Source of the DNA: the human T2T-CHM13v2.0 reference genome, Homo sapiens
Direction: 5' to 3' (one strand)
NCBI RefSeq assembly: GCF_009914755.1
Contig: NC_060929.1
Length of the DNA: 64,000 bases
Shown: in pieces, positions 28,049-42,903 of the stretch
Layout: every line of letters starts with the position of its first letter
Position numbering within the stretch: the first letter of the stretch is position 1
Position numbers and translations under genes: made by a program
Notes under the pieces: model-generated
Databases searched by the model: none
Told to the model about the DNA's origin: nothing
The model's input: only the letters and a program-made list of their open reading frames with translations

Positions 28049-28599
28049 CTAAACAGTAAAGCATGCCATGCTTTTGCTTTTCATATAGGAATAATGTTGT
28101 TTTCATAATTGTGTACCTAAACAAGGATGAGGCACAAAATATATCAGAAATAACCAGCGCTAGGTCACAAAAGCAAAATTAACATACCTGTTAATTTAAC
28201 TGTAGTGTGAACTCTTACAATGTTGCTCTAATTTTATGATATTTATATGAACACAATATGTTCTTCAAAAGAGATGTCTCAGTGTATATTTGGCATAGAA
28301 TCCCTCTTTATTCTCATAAATTTTATTTAAGAATATGCTGGTTTTAATGAATACTAAACAAATGTAATCTAGGCAAATGAAATTAAGCTTCTATGTTTCA
28401 TACCACACCTAGAAAAAGTAGTAGATTTTGTAACAAGTTTGGAGTTAGTGTTTTATCTAGATTAGAACCTAGATTATGTGACATATAAAACTCCACTTCA
28501 AGGACCCTAGCAGATGCCTCAGTCCATGAGACAGCTATCAGCGAGGGCTGGGAGAAGGTGTACCACCTAGTTAGGTGAGGCTTCCTCTATTTCTGTCTT

Positions 28600-29620
28600 T
28601 TCCACAAGCTTCCCTTGTTCTCCTTTCTGTAAATAGTGTTGCCCAGTGCTTAGTTCTCAGATTTCTACTGGCTGCTCTCCATCCCTTCACACTACAGATT
28701 AGCCATCCAGACAGTTTTAACTTCACTTCCATTCAAAGAACACCCAAGCGCATCTGCAGGTCTGACCTTTCATCCTAGTTAGAGACAGTATTTCCAAATA
28801 AGTGCTGGACATTTCCACAGCTGCTCAAAATATAATTGTGGCAAAATTAAGTTCATCTCCATCCTCTTCTCTCTCTTCTCTCTCCAAGGAAAGAGCTGCA
28901 TTTCCAATAGCCAATTACTATCAATGATACCACTATTTTTCAAGCCATTATTTTAAAAATGTTGAGATAGTTTATGATTCAACCCTGTATCTGATAAGAC
29001 ACAAAAGCATGTGAACTTTTCCTGAGAAGCAGCTTTTGAATACGTCTTTATCATTCTTATTACTCCACCTATGATCAATATTACTACATTTATCATCCTG
29101 TTTGATTCTAAACTTCCATTTCATTGTACTTATTGGATAACTCTCTAAATTTCTGCTTCAATCAGATTACATCCCTGCTGAAGAACTCATAATGTCAAAC
29201 ACATTCTACTTCATCACAACAGACTGCCTTACTGGCCCTAAATGTCACTTAAAGAAAATGATATCCACCCAACAGGTATATATGCTATTTATTTTGCCAA
29301 GCATGCCTCCTCACCTACCCCTTCCAATGACCACGTTTATCTTTTGCCATGACTTACTTAGATACTAACCCCTTCATGAATTCTCCTCCATTCAATCCAG
29401 TACATATCTTTGAATTTATATAGGACTTATACCATCTCTACTGGTTACTGACATTTTCACTGTAGTGTCTTGAATGCTTTTTACCTCTTAAAGCACTTGC
29501 ATCTCTATTTACTTACAAGCAGGATTAGAAAGTCCTTGCTAACTAGAATATTGAGACATATTTCTATTTTCTAGCGTTTTCACATAGTGATTTCTCAGCA
29601 AATGGTGTTGAACTGATGTA
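28600..29620 (+). mobile_element. L2 relic
   Basis: Pyrimidine-rich L2-like segments (ctgctggacatttccac-like, cagattacatccctgctgaag) and a degenerate L2 tail. Confidence 0.5.
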
Positions 29621-30311
29621 ACAATAGAGAATGAAAACATTATCTAAGCCTACTGCATTATGCTTATTTTTCCAAGGCATGGGGATTCTCAACATAGTGT
29701 GAACTCTTGAAATCTTTGAGTTGCAATTTGGAATTTAATATAGGATTTATGTGTCTAGACTTGTGGTTCCCAACTATTCTGATTTTCTGATTGCTTTGAA
29801 AATTAAAACCCAACTAACCATAGCCTAGATAAGAAAGGGGATTACCACTACTATGCAAGACATCCAGAAATTGTCCATCGGGGCTAACATAATGACTCAG
29901 TGACCTCACCAGGAACTCGTGCTCTTTATGAGTCTCTGCCCCTTCATCTTCAGCTTGAGGCTTTCCTTGCAGGTACAATGTAGATCCCTGAAATTTTCCC
30001 AGAAATCTTACTTGGAAATTTCTACTTTATCTTGTGGGGAAAAGAATTGGGCAATGATAAAGGTATTTTATTACACAGTTTTCTAAAAGAATCAAATTAT
30101 TTTTGGAAGAAAGGGAGAAATTGACGTTGGGTAGACAGCTTAGAGTATCTGATCAAGATACAGGCCCAAGTGCTGATAAAGAAAACAGTCATTAGTAATC
30201 TCATTCTCCGTATTTCTAAGTATATATTTTATTTTGATGTTATTTCAGACTTAGAAAAAACTTACAAGACTTGTAAAAGGAATACACAGATACCTTCACC
30301 CAGATTCCCTA

Positions 30312-30661
30312 TGTACTAGTCCGTTTTTATGCTGCTGATAAAGACATACCTGCGACTGGGAAGAAAAGGAGGTTTAATTTGACTTCCAGTTCCACATGGC
30401 TGGGGAAGTCTCATAATCATGGCAGAGGGCGAAAGGCACTTCTTACATGGTGGCAGCAAGAGAGAATGAGGAAGAAGCAAAAGTGGAAACCTCTGATAAA
30501 CCCATTAGATCTTGTGAGACTTACTATCATGAGAACAGCACAGGAAAGACCGGCCCCCATGATTCAATTACCTCCCCCTGGGTCCCTCCCACAACATGTG
30601 GGAATTCCGGGAGATACAATTCAAGTTGAGATTTTGGTGGAGACACAGTCAAACCGTATCA
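30312..30661 (-). mobile_element. THE1 (C/D-like) MaLR solo LTR
   Basis: Reverse complement reads TGATACGGTTTGACTGTG...AGTACA. Near-perfect TSD cccta/cctta. Confidence 0.93.
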
Positions 30662-31816
30662 CCTTACTACAGTTGTCTTTCTCCGATATTAATAGGAACG
30701 TTTCTATTGTTTCCCCATTAAGGAAGACGCTAGCTTCAGTAATAGGGCATACATGTTTTATCATGGAAAAAAATATTCATCAATTGCTATTTGCTTGACT
30801 GCATTTTTTCAGGAATGCAGTGAATTGTGTTGGAAGCTTTTTCAGTTTCTATAGAGACAATCCTTTGATTTTTTTCTTAGATATTATTTATATTATATTG
30901 ATGGATTTTTAAATATTGAACCATCCACACATTCCTAAAATAAATCTCATGGGGTCTTTATGTATTATTTTCTTATAGTAATGCCAGATTCTATCAATAT
31001 TTCACTTGGAACTTTTGCATCAATATTCATTGGTGATAGTGGTCTATAAATTTCTTTTTCAGGTACTGTCTTATTAACTTTATAATATCAATGTTACATT
31101 CACTTCATAAAAGCATCAGCTAATTTTCCTGTTTTCAGTACTCCAGGATAATTCATGGAGCACTGGGATCATCTGCTCTTTGAAGTTTGCTAAAATTCCC
31201 CTGTGAATTTCCACCTGGACATGTTAACCTTTTGTAGAGTAGTTCTTGGATAACTTTCTCAGTTTCTGCTCTAATTGAGTCAATTTGGTAAATTATAACT
31301 TCCCAGGAAATTACCCATTTCGTCAACATTTTCAAATTCATTTTCTTAGACTCTCCAAAATAGTCTCATGACATTTTAAAATTATGTCTGACTCAATTTT
31401 TTTCCATGTCATTTATTATTTTGTATATTTGTGATTTTTTCCTTTTGTTTCTTGATTATCTTATCTACAGGTTTGTCTATATTAATGTTTCAAATAAGTT
31501 TTATTAATTAGATCTACTCTTATTAATTTCTGCTTTCATCATTTTAATTTCTTTGAGCTTTCTTCTGATTTACATTGGGGTTTTCTCTAACTTTTTGTGC
31601 TTTGAATTTATTTTCATTCTTTCATTTTTATCAAGTAGAGTGTTTTGTGCTACAAATTTCACTCTAATACACTCTGAATGTATTCTGCCAGTTTAAATAT
31701 GTCGTGTTTTCATTAGCATTGTTAGAAATTATATAATTTTATATTGTATTTGCTCTTTTAATCAAGAGTGGATAACAGAAGGTTATGAAGTAAGTGTCCA
31801 GGTACAAGAAGCATGA

Positions 31817-32124
31817 TTTTTTTTTTTTTTTTTGAGACAGAGTCTGTCTTTGTCCCCCAGGCTGGAGTGCAGTGGCATGATCATGGCTCACTGCAGCATA
31901 GATCTCCTGGGCTCAAGTGATCCTCCCACCTAAGCACCCTCACCCTTCCCAAGTAGCTGGGACTACAGGTGCGTGCCACCATGTCTGGCTAATTTTTGTA
32001 TTTTTTGTAGAGATGGGTTTCACCATGTTGTCCAGGCTGGTCTCCAACTCCTGGACTCAAGGAATCCACCTGCCTCAGCCTCCAAAAGCGCTGAGATTAG
32101 AGACATGAGCCACTGTACCGGGCC
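31817..32124 (-). mobile_element. AluJ
   Basis: J-type gatcatggctcactgcag..ctcctgggctcaagtgatcctccc. TSD atgattttttttt. Confidence 0.9.
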
Positions 32125-32809
32125 TATGATTTTTTTTTAATTTAATAATAATGTGTAGTTTTATTCTTTTTGAATCCAACAGTGATGTTTGTAATATTTC
32201 TACTGACATTTTCTTATCTGTTTTTTTTTAAGTCTTTCACATGTGTTTGAGAGAAATGTGTGTCATCTAGATCAGGGTATAAAGTTTAACATATCCTAAC
32301 ATTTACCTTATTGGTTATGAGGTTAAAATTTTCTATAGCCTTTTTTTTTTTTTTTTTTGGTCAACAAAATCTGTCTTGTGTCTTAACATTTCAAATTACT
32401 AACATGTTTTCTCTGTCTCCATGCCTTATGTGTGGTTTTTGTTTTATAAAGGTAGTTGCTGTGTTATTTTGTTGCATATTCATAATTGTTATGTATTAAT
32501 TATAAATTGTAGTTTTTAACATTAAAAGGCATCTTTCAATTTTTATGCTTAGTACTTTTTGGATTGAATTATACTTTGTATGATATTTGTTTGCTAACCT
32601 TGCTTTCTTATTGTTTTCATTTGCCAAATTTAGTTATGCCTACCTCTTACTCTTTTCGAACTATTTTGATATGTCTCTTGTATACAGAACATATGAGAGC
32701 CTTCGTTTATAAAACAAATTGAGAATCTTTTTTTTCTCTTAATAGGTAAGTCCATCAACATTTTTTGGTAAGACTGCTACTTTTGATCTCAACTATGTAA
32801 TACAACTTC

Positions 32810-33129
32810 TTTTAAAGATTTTTTAATTTTAAAGTTCTTTAGCGACAGAGTCTTGCTTTGTCACCAAAGCTGGAGTACAGCGGTGTGATCTTAGCTTATG
32901 GCAGCCTTTAAATCATGGGCTCAAGCAGTACCCTCATCTCAGCCTCCTGAGAAGCTAGGACTAACAGGCAAATGCCATCACACCCAGTTAATTTTTAAAA
33001 TTTTTTTTGTAGAGATGATGTCTCGCTATGTTGTCCAAGCTGGTCTCAAACTCCTGTGACCTGAAGCAATCCTCCCACCTCGGCCTCCCAAAGTGCTGGG
33101 ATTACAGGCATGAGCCACTGTACCCAGCC
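32810..33129 (-). mobile_element. AluJ
   Basis: Diverged dimeric Alu ending gagccactgtacccagcc. Confidence 0.88.
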
Positions 33130-34515
33130 TATATAACTTTCTACAATTTTTTTCTCTATATGATTTTTTTCACTGTTCCTTTTGTTTTCAGTGTTTAAGA
33201 AGGTTTGTATTTTTGTTCCAGTGGTTACTTTTTTATTCATATTGTTTTCAATGCCCTTGTTTTTCTGTTTTCAGAAACTAATACTATCATTTGAGTTTTT
33301 AATGTTATCTTTTAATCCTGATTTTGTCTATACAATAATTAATGAACTTATTCTACTCTCCTCTTTCTAGTCATATTATTTCTACTTTATCAGAATATGG
33401 AACACATATCATTGATACATGTCATACAACATTTTATTCTGTACTCTTCCTTCTGTCTTTGTTTTAGTCTTAGATCTATAATCAAGTTATTAAATGCTAA
33501 CCAGCACTCTTTTGCTGAAGTTCCCTAGTTGTTTCGTGGTAGCTGAAGTACATTTTCTAGTAGATTCCTCAAAAAGGGTACATGGACACAGAATTTCCTG
33601 AGCTCTTCTGTGTTTAAAATCATTTTTCTAGAGCCTTGACCCTTGAAAGACAGTTTGACAGGATGGAAAGTCTTTGGTTCACACTTTATTTTTTCGTGTT
33701 TCCTAAAAACGCTGCTCCAATGTTGGCTTGATTTGTCTTTGGTTTTTGAGAAGTCTCATGACAATCTAGTCATCTTTCCATATAAGTTATTTAATCTTTT
33801 TCCCTGAAGGCCCTAAAGATTCTTTGTCTACTAGTCTTATGAGGATATAATATTAAGGTGATCATTAAGAGTTAGTTTTCAATGATACCAGCGAGCACTT
33901 TAAATGTGTAGATTTAAGTATTTACACCCAGAAAGGTTTTTTCCATAATTACAAATATTAGTTCTATTCTAGTTTCTGTTGTTTTTCTTTGGAACTCCAA
34001 TTATATAGATGTTACTCCTTCTTTGGTTATCTTCCAAACCAATTACTATCTCTGATTTTTTTACATTTTCCTTTATCCCATTTTCATTCCCTTAGTTTTT
34101 CTCCTACCTTTTTCCAATGTCTCTTATTATGTTGTTAACTTTTTTCTTTGTAGACAACTATTTTTATTTTTTTCTATTCTTCCCCCAAATTTAATTATTA
34201 TTTCATTTCTTCCAGTTATTCATCCACTATGTTCTGAGTTTTTGAACTTTCGTTTCAAGGTATTCTCTAATATCCCCAAATGCTTGTTTGAGAATACTCA
34301 ACCTAGTTTGGAGTGTTGCATGACAGTATCATTCTGTTTTATCAAAGGCTTCTGATGAGAGTGAATTTTTATCAATGGAATGTTTGGATTATTTTGATTT
34401 TCTTTCTTTTTTGTAGGTTTTTAAAAATAGATTAAATGAAAACTTTGCTTCTGCATTTCTGTGGCCATGACCCACAGTTTTAGATAAGATTTCCAGTTCA
34501 AGAGCATCCTCTTCT

Positions 34516-34829
<314 letters not shown>

Positions 34830-34860
34830 TCAGCATATCGAGAAGTAGTTTGCTTACCAG

Positions 34861-34863
<3 letters not shown>

Positions 34864-34900
<37 letters not shown>
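34864..34900. repeat. (TG)18 microsatellite
   Basis: Perfect TG dinucleotide run. Confidence 0.97.
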
Positions 34901-34901
<1 letters not shown>

Positions 34902-34977
34902 TGTGTGTTTTTAAGGGAAAGTGGAAGATGGGAGAAGGTTTGTGTGTCCTTTGATATTTTGATTTTCTTCTATCTAA

Positions 34978-35700
<723 letters not shown>

Positions 35701-36987
35701 GACAATTTCTTAATTCTAGTTATGCTAACATAACGGGGTTTGTGCAGTTTTGTTCTTCTTCTTGTTCTTTACCATTTCTTGGAGAAGCTGGGAAAGTCAA
35801 ATTTACGTACTCACCCTCACCTCATCTGTCTCTCCATTTTTTGAGATACACAAACATGAGAAACCTATATGATAAACATGACCACACAAAATATCTGATT
35901 AGAGCAGTCATAGAAAAGTAAGTATAATAAAATATTGTTTAGGGAGTTGAGCCTCTTGGAATCTACCACTATCACATTTTAGCAACTTTCCCATGACTTC
36001 CAGGGCATAGGCCTTGGAATGGGCAGAGTGAGAAAGTATTAAAAGATAGTGATAAACTAATCTAAAGGGTACCATTTAAGACATTAGATATTTAAAGGTG
36101 CTGTCCACCTGTGGCACTGTATCAGTATAATATGGATAATAACAAATACAGATGAGGGGTATTTAGAGTCTTCAGAATCACTTTGGTTTCCACCACAGAC
36201 AGGAACACTAAAATTGTCAACATGCTTCACAAACAGTTACCAACTGCCACATTCAAGATGGATGGCTTATTTTACTTTCATGGCAAATTATGCCATTTCA
36301 TCACATTATGTTACAATAGAATATCCTGAACCACCTCCTCAGTGTGAAAAATTGAACATCTGCTCATATCAGACACTGTTTAATGATGTGTGCCAAACTT
36401 AATGTAATTTCCACCTGACACTTCATCACTTATGCTTTAAAGCACCATCTTATATCACCAGCATTCCTTAGTGTTCCAACATTGTTTTCATCAACTGAAC
36501 ACTGAAAAAATTAATTCAGTCATTAAATGTTCTCCATTCTGTGATATATGTGAAAAAGTAATTAGAGACACTTCATTTCCATTTTCATGTGAATCAAGAT
36601 AACAGAATATTGCTTTCGTATGATTACAACTACCTTAATCTTTACTTCTTTTTTTCATGGATCAAATATTACTAAAGAAGGGAAAATGTTTCTTCCTGCA
36701 AAATTTTTTTATAATGAGTTAGTGGTGTGCTTTGGAAAATCAAATATCTTGGAGTAGGCAGCAAATAATTTCATTGTCAAATTTTTATAAGAACTTCCAG
36801 GGTCTCTGCAAAGAGCAAAAAAATAATGGGCTTATTTCATTTTTTCTCAAGAATTTCTAAAAAAGCTATAAAAAAAGAGCATATTTTACTTCCCATTCAT
36901 AATACTCATTATGTTTATAATTTCTTGATGATTAGTCTCCCCTCATATTTTTTGGTCCATAAAAACAAAAATTATTTTTAGAAGGTT

Positions 36988-37008
36988 ATACATATATATA
37001 TATATATA
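36988..37008. repeat. (TA)n microsatellite
   Basis: tatacatatatatatatatat. Confidence 0.85.
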
Positions 37009-37029
37009 TTTTTGAAGTTCTGTACTTTT

Positions 37030-37525
37030 TCTCTTTTTTTATTATTATACTTTAAGTTTTAGGGTACATGTGCACAATGTGCATGTTAGTTACATTTGTA
37101 TACATGTGCCATGCTGGTGTGCTGCACCCATTAACTCGTCATTTAGCATTAGGTATATCTCCTAATGCTATCCCTCCCCACTCCCCCCACCCCACAACAG
37201 TCCCCAGAGTGTGATGTTCCCCTTCCTGTGTCCATGTGTTCTCATTGTTCAATTCCCATCAGTGAGTGAGAACATGTGGTGTTTGGTTTTTTGTCCTTGC
37301 GATAGTTTACTGAGAATGATGATTTCCAATTTCATCCATGTCCCTACAAAGGACATGAACTCATCATTTTTTGTGGCTGCATAGTATTCCATGGTGTATA
37401 TGTGCCACATTTTCTTAATCCAGTCCATCATTGTTGGACATTTGGGTTGGTTCCAAGTCTTTGCTATTGTGAATAGTGCCGCAATAAACATACATGTGCA
37501 TGTGTGTTTATAGCAGCATGATTTT
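37030..37525 (-). mobile_element. Young primate L1PA 3' end (about PA3-PA5), 5'-truncated
   Basis: ttattatactttaagttttagggtacatgtgcac. ORF2 C-terminus MFIAALFTIAKTWNQPKCPTMMDWIKKMWHIYTMEYYAA... Confidence 0.95.
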
Positions 37526-39946
37526 TGGTTATATATATTATTATTGGTATTTTTACTTTTCTGCTTATTGCTCTATATAGATATTTTCCTTTTTTGTGTC
37601 TATATTGGTCTTTTTGCTTTAGAAATCTATCCATTTCTTCTAGTTTCTCTAGTTTATTAGTAAGATGCTATATTTGCTCTTTATTTAAATTTTTCTAAAA
37701 TTGGTAATTCTATTCCCTTTATAATTATTGAAAGCTTCTGGCTGTTCATCATATTTATCAGGTTTGTTCAGAATTTTTCTATTTTCTAGTTAAAGAAAAA
37801 GATGTTATATTTTACTTGATAAAGTCTACACTTTATTTTTGACTAATTTATGGTATTATCTTTATATATTTCTTTTCCTTTTAAAATTATTTGTTTTCTC
37901 CAGAGTTTTTCTAGTTGTTTAATAAATGCATTAAAAAGTATAAATTTCCATCAGAGTTATTCTAATGCTAATTAATTAATAACTTCACATTTTAGATTTT
38001 TTCCCCAAACTTTTCTGTGAATATGACATGCATATCTGTACTCTGTAGGTTACAAGTTTGTATATCTAGTTATTAGACTAAATTTGTGGACATAACTGTA
38101 TATTCTAATTCACTTTATCTACTAGAGGTATATATTTCTGAGTAAAATTTTTGGGATTTTCAATGTCTTCCAACTTGGAAGACACTGGATTATGAATTTG
38201 TCCATTTCTCCCTTCTTTTTGATTAAATTTGCTTTATACAACATACATTTATGTTACTGGGTTTATAAAGGTTCATCATTCACCTTTTCTTAATAAATTC
38301 ATCTGATCAGTATGTGTCTTTCAATGCCGCTCACCTTGATTTCTATTTTTGCTTGCTATTTTTCTCTACATGCTAGGCAGAGAAAGACAAACCTAGATAG
38401 AATGCTATGCTGTTTTATAAGATAAACCTAAATAAAATGCTAGGTTATCTCTTTTCATTACTTGATTCCCAAACTTCTAGTTTTCTTTCATTTAAAAGTT
38501 TCCCAAAATAGCCTGGAGTTTGATTTCTTTAACTCAATAGCAGAATTTCTATCCAGAATTGGGGGATTTTATGTATTCACATTTACAGGGGCAACAAGTA
38601 TGTTTAAAAATTATGCTAGCTCCCTTTTTTTATTCACTGTATTTTCTTGTTTCTTTTCCTGTCTTGTATTTTGTTTGACTGATCTGGTTTGGATTTTTTT
38701 CCCATTTCAATAGTCTGAAATCCAAACATCCTATTTGAAAACTAATATTTGTACTTATTTTCCTACCACATAGTTAATATCACATTATCTCATTGAAAAA
38801 GGAATGAATGTTAGTTCATACCTCTAATTCTACATGAAGTTTATGCAGATTTTTTTTCTAATAATGAACATTTAGGTCTAACTGCAATATTATTTTCTTG
38901 GATTCTTCCTTTCCCAATTTCTTGTAAATCATGGCTTTTTCTTTACGCTTATGTTTACTTTGCTACAATACATACCGTTTGCTTCTTCACTGGGATTTGT
39001 AGTTAGAAGAATTTATTTTTAAAAAAATATATCTGAAAAATTTTAATTTTGTCCTCACAGAGGTATGAGAGTTTGGCTAAGCACAAAAACATGGGTTCAA
39101 AACATTTGTCTTTCTGTATCTAATGTTGCTGGGAGGTTGGATGTAAATCCAGTTCTTTTTCCTATATATGTTTGTCTGTTTCTCCCTTTGGAAGTGTCTG
39201 TCTATATACTTGGTGCTCTGAAAGCTCTCTCTGGTGTGTCTAGGGGAGGATCCTTTATCTCTTCCATCTGGCAGGCCTCAGTGTACTCATTCAACTGCAA
39301 AATCCGTATTTCTAAGTTGTGGGAAATTTTCATTTGTTATTCCCTTAAGTATCTTCTCTCTTCCATTTTTTTCCTTTGGGAGCTCCTATTTGATAGATTT
39401 TGAAACTTTGGGGTCTTTTGTTTCACTTTCTTTCATGTTTTTTGCCTCTGTACCTTTTTGTGCTAATTCTGAAAAAATTTTCCTGCTCAATATTTTTGTT
39501 GCCACCACCTTGGACAAACCATTTTAAAGTTCCCCTTGATCAAAAACCACCTAAATCCAACCTAATGGCTAACATCAGCCTGACCATAAACCATAAATGA
39601 CATCTCCAAACAGAAAAACACTCCAACCCTAAGATAAAACCCTCCTCAATCAGAGACATGCCAGCCCTGAGATAACCTCCCCTCTGGCCAGAGAGATGTC
39701 TGCCCCAAGATAACCTCCAGAGACATTCCATCCCCACAATAAACTCCTCATCCACACAGAAACATTCCAAGCCTGTATGTAAGCTCCCTCACCTTGAAAC
39801 CCTTAAATACTCTTAGTCCATAAGAGAGGACACTCCTGACCGAAATCAGCCAGAAGCCCCTCTCAGGTTAATTCTCCAAAATAAACCTGTCTTTGACTGT
39901 TGAGCCACTTTTTGTGTTTCTTTCCACTTTCTTTAACTCATATATT

Positions 39947-39964
39947 TGGTACCAAAACCCAGGA
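39947..39964 (+). promoter_or_regulatory. Retroviral primer-binding site, tRNA-Phe type
   Basis: TGGTACCAAAACCCAGGA versus the Phe PBS TGGTGCCGAAACCCGGGA (3 G>A changes), immediately after the 5' LTR. Confidence 0.8.
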
Positions 39965-42531
39965 GGGGTGTTGTGGGTAGGGGCTCTCCTGCAACCCAGG
40001 AAGCAGTGGGCAGCAGCAGCTCATCCTGCTGAATACCGAGAGTCTCTGGCCACCCACCCCATCTTATCTCTCACTTCACTTTTCAAGCGATTTGTGTGAG
40101 AGGGACCTTGCAATTCACGTGACTTTAGTCTTTAAAACTTACTGGTACAGTAAAATTAGAAATGCCTTAAGAGTTTCCAGCATACATTTTTTTTTGTATT
40201 TATTGATCAAGCAATTTCATACTTATCTCTGCCAAATACTATAAGGTGTCAAAATTTGGCATAGAGCTTACGAAACTATACTCAGCCCAAACAGAATAAT
40301 CTTTGCTTGTGTAATTTTTAAATAAATGAAACATTAATATTTGTTTAATAAAGATAGCTACATCTTGAACTATTTAATGAAATACCATAACTTCTAATCT
40401 TGTGGCCTTAGGCAGTCTAGTTCGCAGACATGAAGGAAGTTCATTTTGGGAAAGGACTGTTATCTTTGATACTAAAGAAAACAGAATTTACATAAAAAAG
40501 AATCTTGCATGGTAAATTCTTATCCTAAAGTAAATTAACTGGTTGTTTAAAGAGGTTAAACTGGTTGTTTAGAACAAGTCAGAAAGTCAAAGCATGTCAG
40601 AGATTGTGTAAGTCATGAAAAATTTTATAAAAGGGAATTTATGCAAGAAATATTGTACAATGTAAAAGTGATTAGGCCTCCTGAGGTTTATAAAATGCCA
40701 CTATAACTCTTAGCTGTACAATTTGCTTGCTTTGTAGCTAGGTAAGACCTAGAATACATGGAGTTAAATGCTGGAATAAGTCAGACCTTATCTGCATTTC
40801 TGTCTAGGTCCTAAGCTCTACACCTAGTACATAATTAAAATCCCAAACTTACCAACAAAAGTAAAGGTTGCTAAAAGTTGACAGTGTAGCATGTATTTAA
40901 GACTATTGAAAAAAACAATTTATATATACTTTTAGTAAAGAGATTATAAGGAGGCATGAGAATGTGGATTTTTACCTAGATTGAAAGGTTAAAGAATTCT
41001 TTTAAGTTAAATAAAGTAAAAATGAAAGTTTAAGCAAGTTTTGGAAGGTTAATTGTAAAGGAAATTCTGTGTGTAAACATATTGACTAAAGATGAAGGGT
41101 TATCGTCTAGTTTTTCTGTAAATTGATCATTAAAATAAAAGCACAACTGGTTTCTCTTAAAGCACTAACCTGTTCTTTAACAAAAATTATAAAGGGTTAA
41201 AAGGGTCTATAAAAAATCTTAACTTACAGTGAAACATTAAAATTCGGTAACTTTGTCTACAAGGTTTCATTAAAAATTGAGTTTAACATTAAAAGCACAC
41301 TAATATAAAGGTAAAATTTGGCTTATTTGGTATGAAATCATACAGGAAGTATTGTCAAATATAAAATGGTGTTTGGCTTTCTTTGGGCTATATTTGTATA
41401 AATATGTTATTGGTATGTGTTCCAAAGTTATGGGAGACTCCTATAATTCTGATATATCTTGGCGTACATTAACATCAATAATTATAATTATTATGTTAAA
41501 ATTATTGTGTGTCACAAAGGTAACAGATATCCTTGTCAATTGTGTCTTTAACTATGGCTACCCTAAAACTTTTTGTCATCCATAAACAATTGTCTTCTTT
41601 TGGTCCTCTTTAGAAGGCGGTTTTATAATCACCTATAAAGCTCTAGCAGGTGCTCTTGAATGCAGATTTCTGATAACTTTGGAGATTGTGACATCAGAAT
41701 AGAGGAAAAATGTTCAGGACTCTTGAAGAGCTAAAAATGTTCATTAATATCAAGCAGGACAGGAATTAACTGCATGAACTGAATTAATAGGAGACTGGAG
41801 TGATCTTTTGAATGTTTTGCTTAAAATATTGCTAATTCTTTGTTTTGCTTTTCAAAGTCAAAGAAACTTTTCTTTTAAGCTACAGACTGCTTTTAGCAAT
41901 TTAGTACACTCCTGTGAACAAAATTTGGAGCATACTTGTTTCTCTCTACCTGATTTTCTCCAGAATTTGGAAACTATCTGTGAGTATTCTTAGATTATGG
42001 CAATGTAGTTATTTGCATAAGTACAATTAGCATCTGTTTTCTTTTGTAACAGGACACAATTGGAAAATCTAGTTATATTTACCAAGGCTTTGGCTGGAAT
42101 GGTGTGCTCTCCTTTAAGGAATCAAACATGACTTATGAAGCCAATAAAGCCCTTGGAAAACTGGCCTCATATTTTGTGTACACAGTCCCTGTACAGGGTT
42201 TCTGATCTGTGGTAGGTAAAAAATGTCATTTTCTGACAGGCCGGGAACCCTAAGTTATCTTGGAACCTCAAGAGGAGAGCAATTTACCCAACTCATAGGT
42301 ATTTGATGGTACAAATCCATGGCTGGGCTGGGCTTTAAAAAGGTCTTATCTCAGATTCCTTCTCTGGAACAAAGTTCCATCAAAGCCAATTTAAAAGGCC
42401 TATGTAACTATTATTCTTGCTGCACTCTATGCAAATAATTAAACCAAGTATAATAAAGCAAACCAGTCCTACCATGATTTGCCTTTAAATAACGGTTACT
42501 AACAGAACATAATACATGGGCCTTTCCAAAC

Positions 42532-42903
42532 ATGTGCCTCTGCCTCTCATTAGGTAAGGAATGTTGTTTCTATCTCAACCAATCAGGCCTCGTAAGAAGC
42601 ATTGCTAAATACCTTAAAGAAAGGGCTAAAAAGCTAAGGGAATACCAAAACAACCAAATAGATTATTGGTTTGGGAACAAAATCATAGTATGGGTCATCT
42701 CATTCCTGGGCCCTCTACGCATATTATTAATATGCGTAAGACTAATGTTCTTACCCTGCCTGATTAACATTTTTCAAAGATTTTTAACTGACAGAATCAT
42801 GGCCATTTCACAGACAACTACCCAAAAACATCTACAGACAGCATTACCCCTACAGTCAATCCAAGACCAGAAAACTCTCTGTTCCCCCATCAGCAGGAAG
42901 TAG
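42532..42903 (+). pseudogene. env: Gamma-type env transmembrane (TM) subunit C-terminal remnant, 123-codon ORF
   Basis: CX6CC motif (CLSLGKECC) then FYLNQSGLV, heptad, hydrophobic anchor (IIVWVISFLGPLRILLICVRLMFLPCLINIF) and cytoplasmic tail, just upstream of the 3' LTR. Confidence 0.9.

Larger units (their letters stand above)
30670..34480 (-). mobile_element. Ancient L1M ORF2 relic hosting younger Alus
   Basis: T-rich reverse L1 motifs (tattgaaccatcc, ttttgcatcaatattcat, gagaagtctcatgacaatct). Similar sequence recurs at about 37530-39490. Confidence 0.65.
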
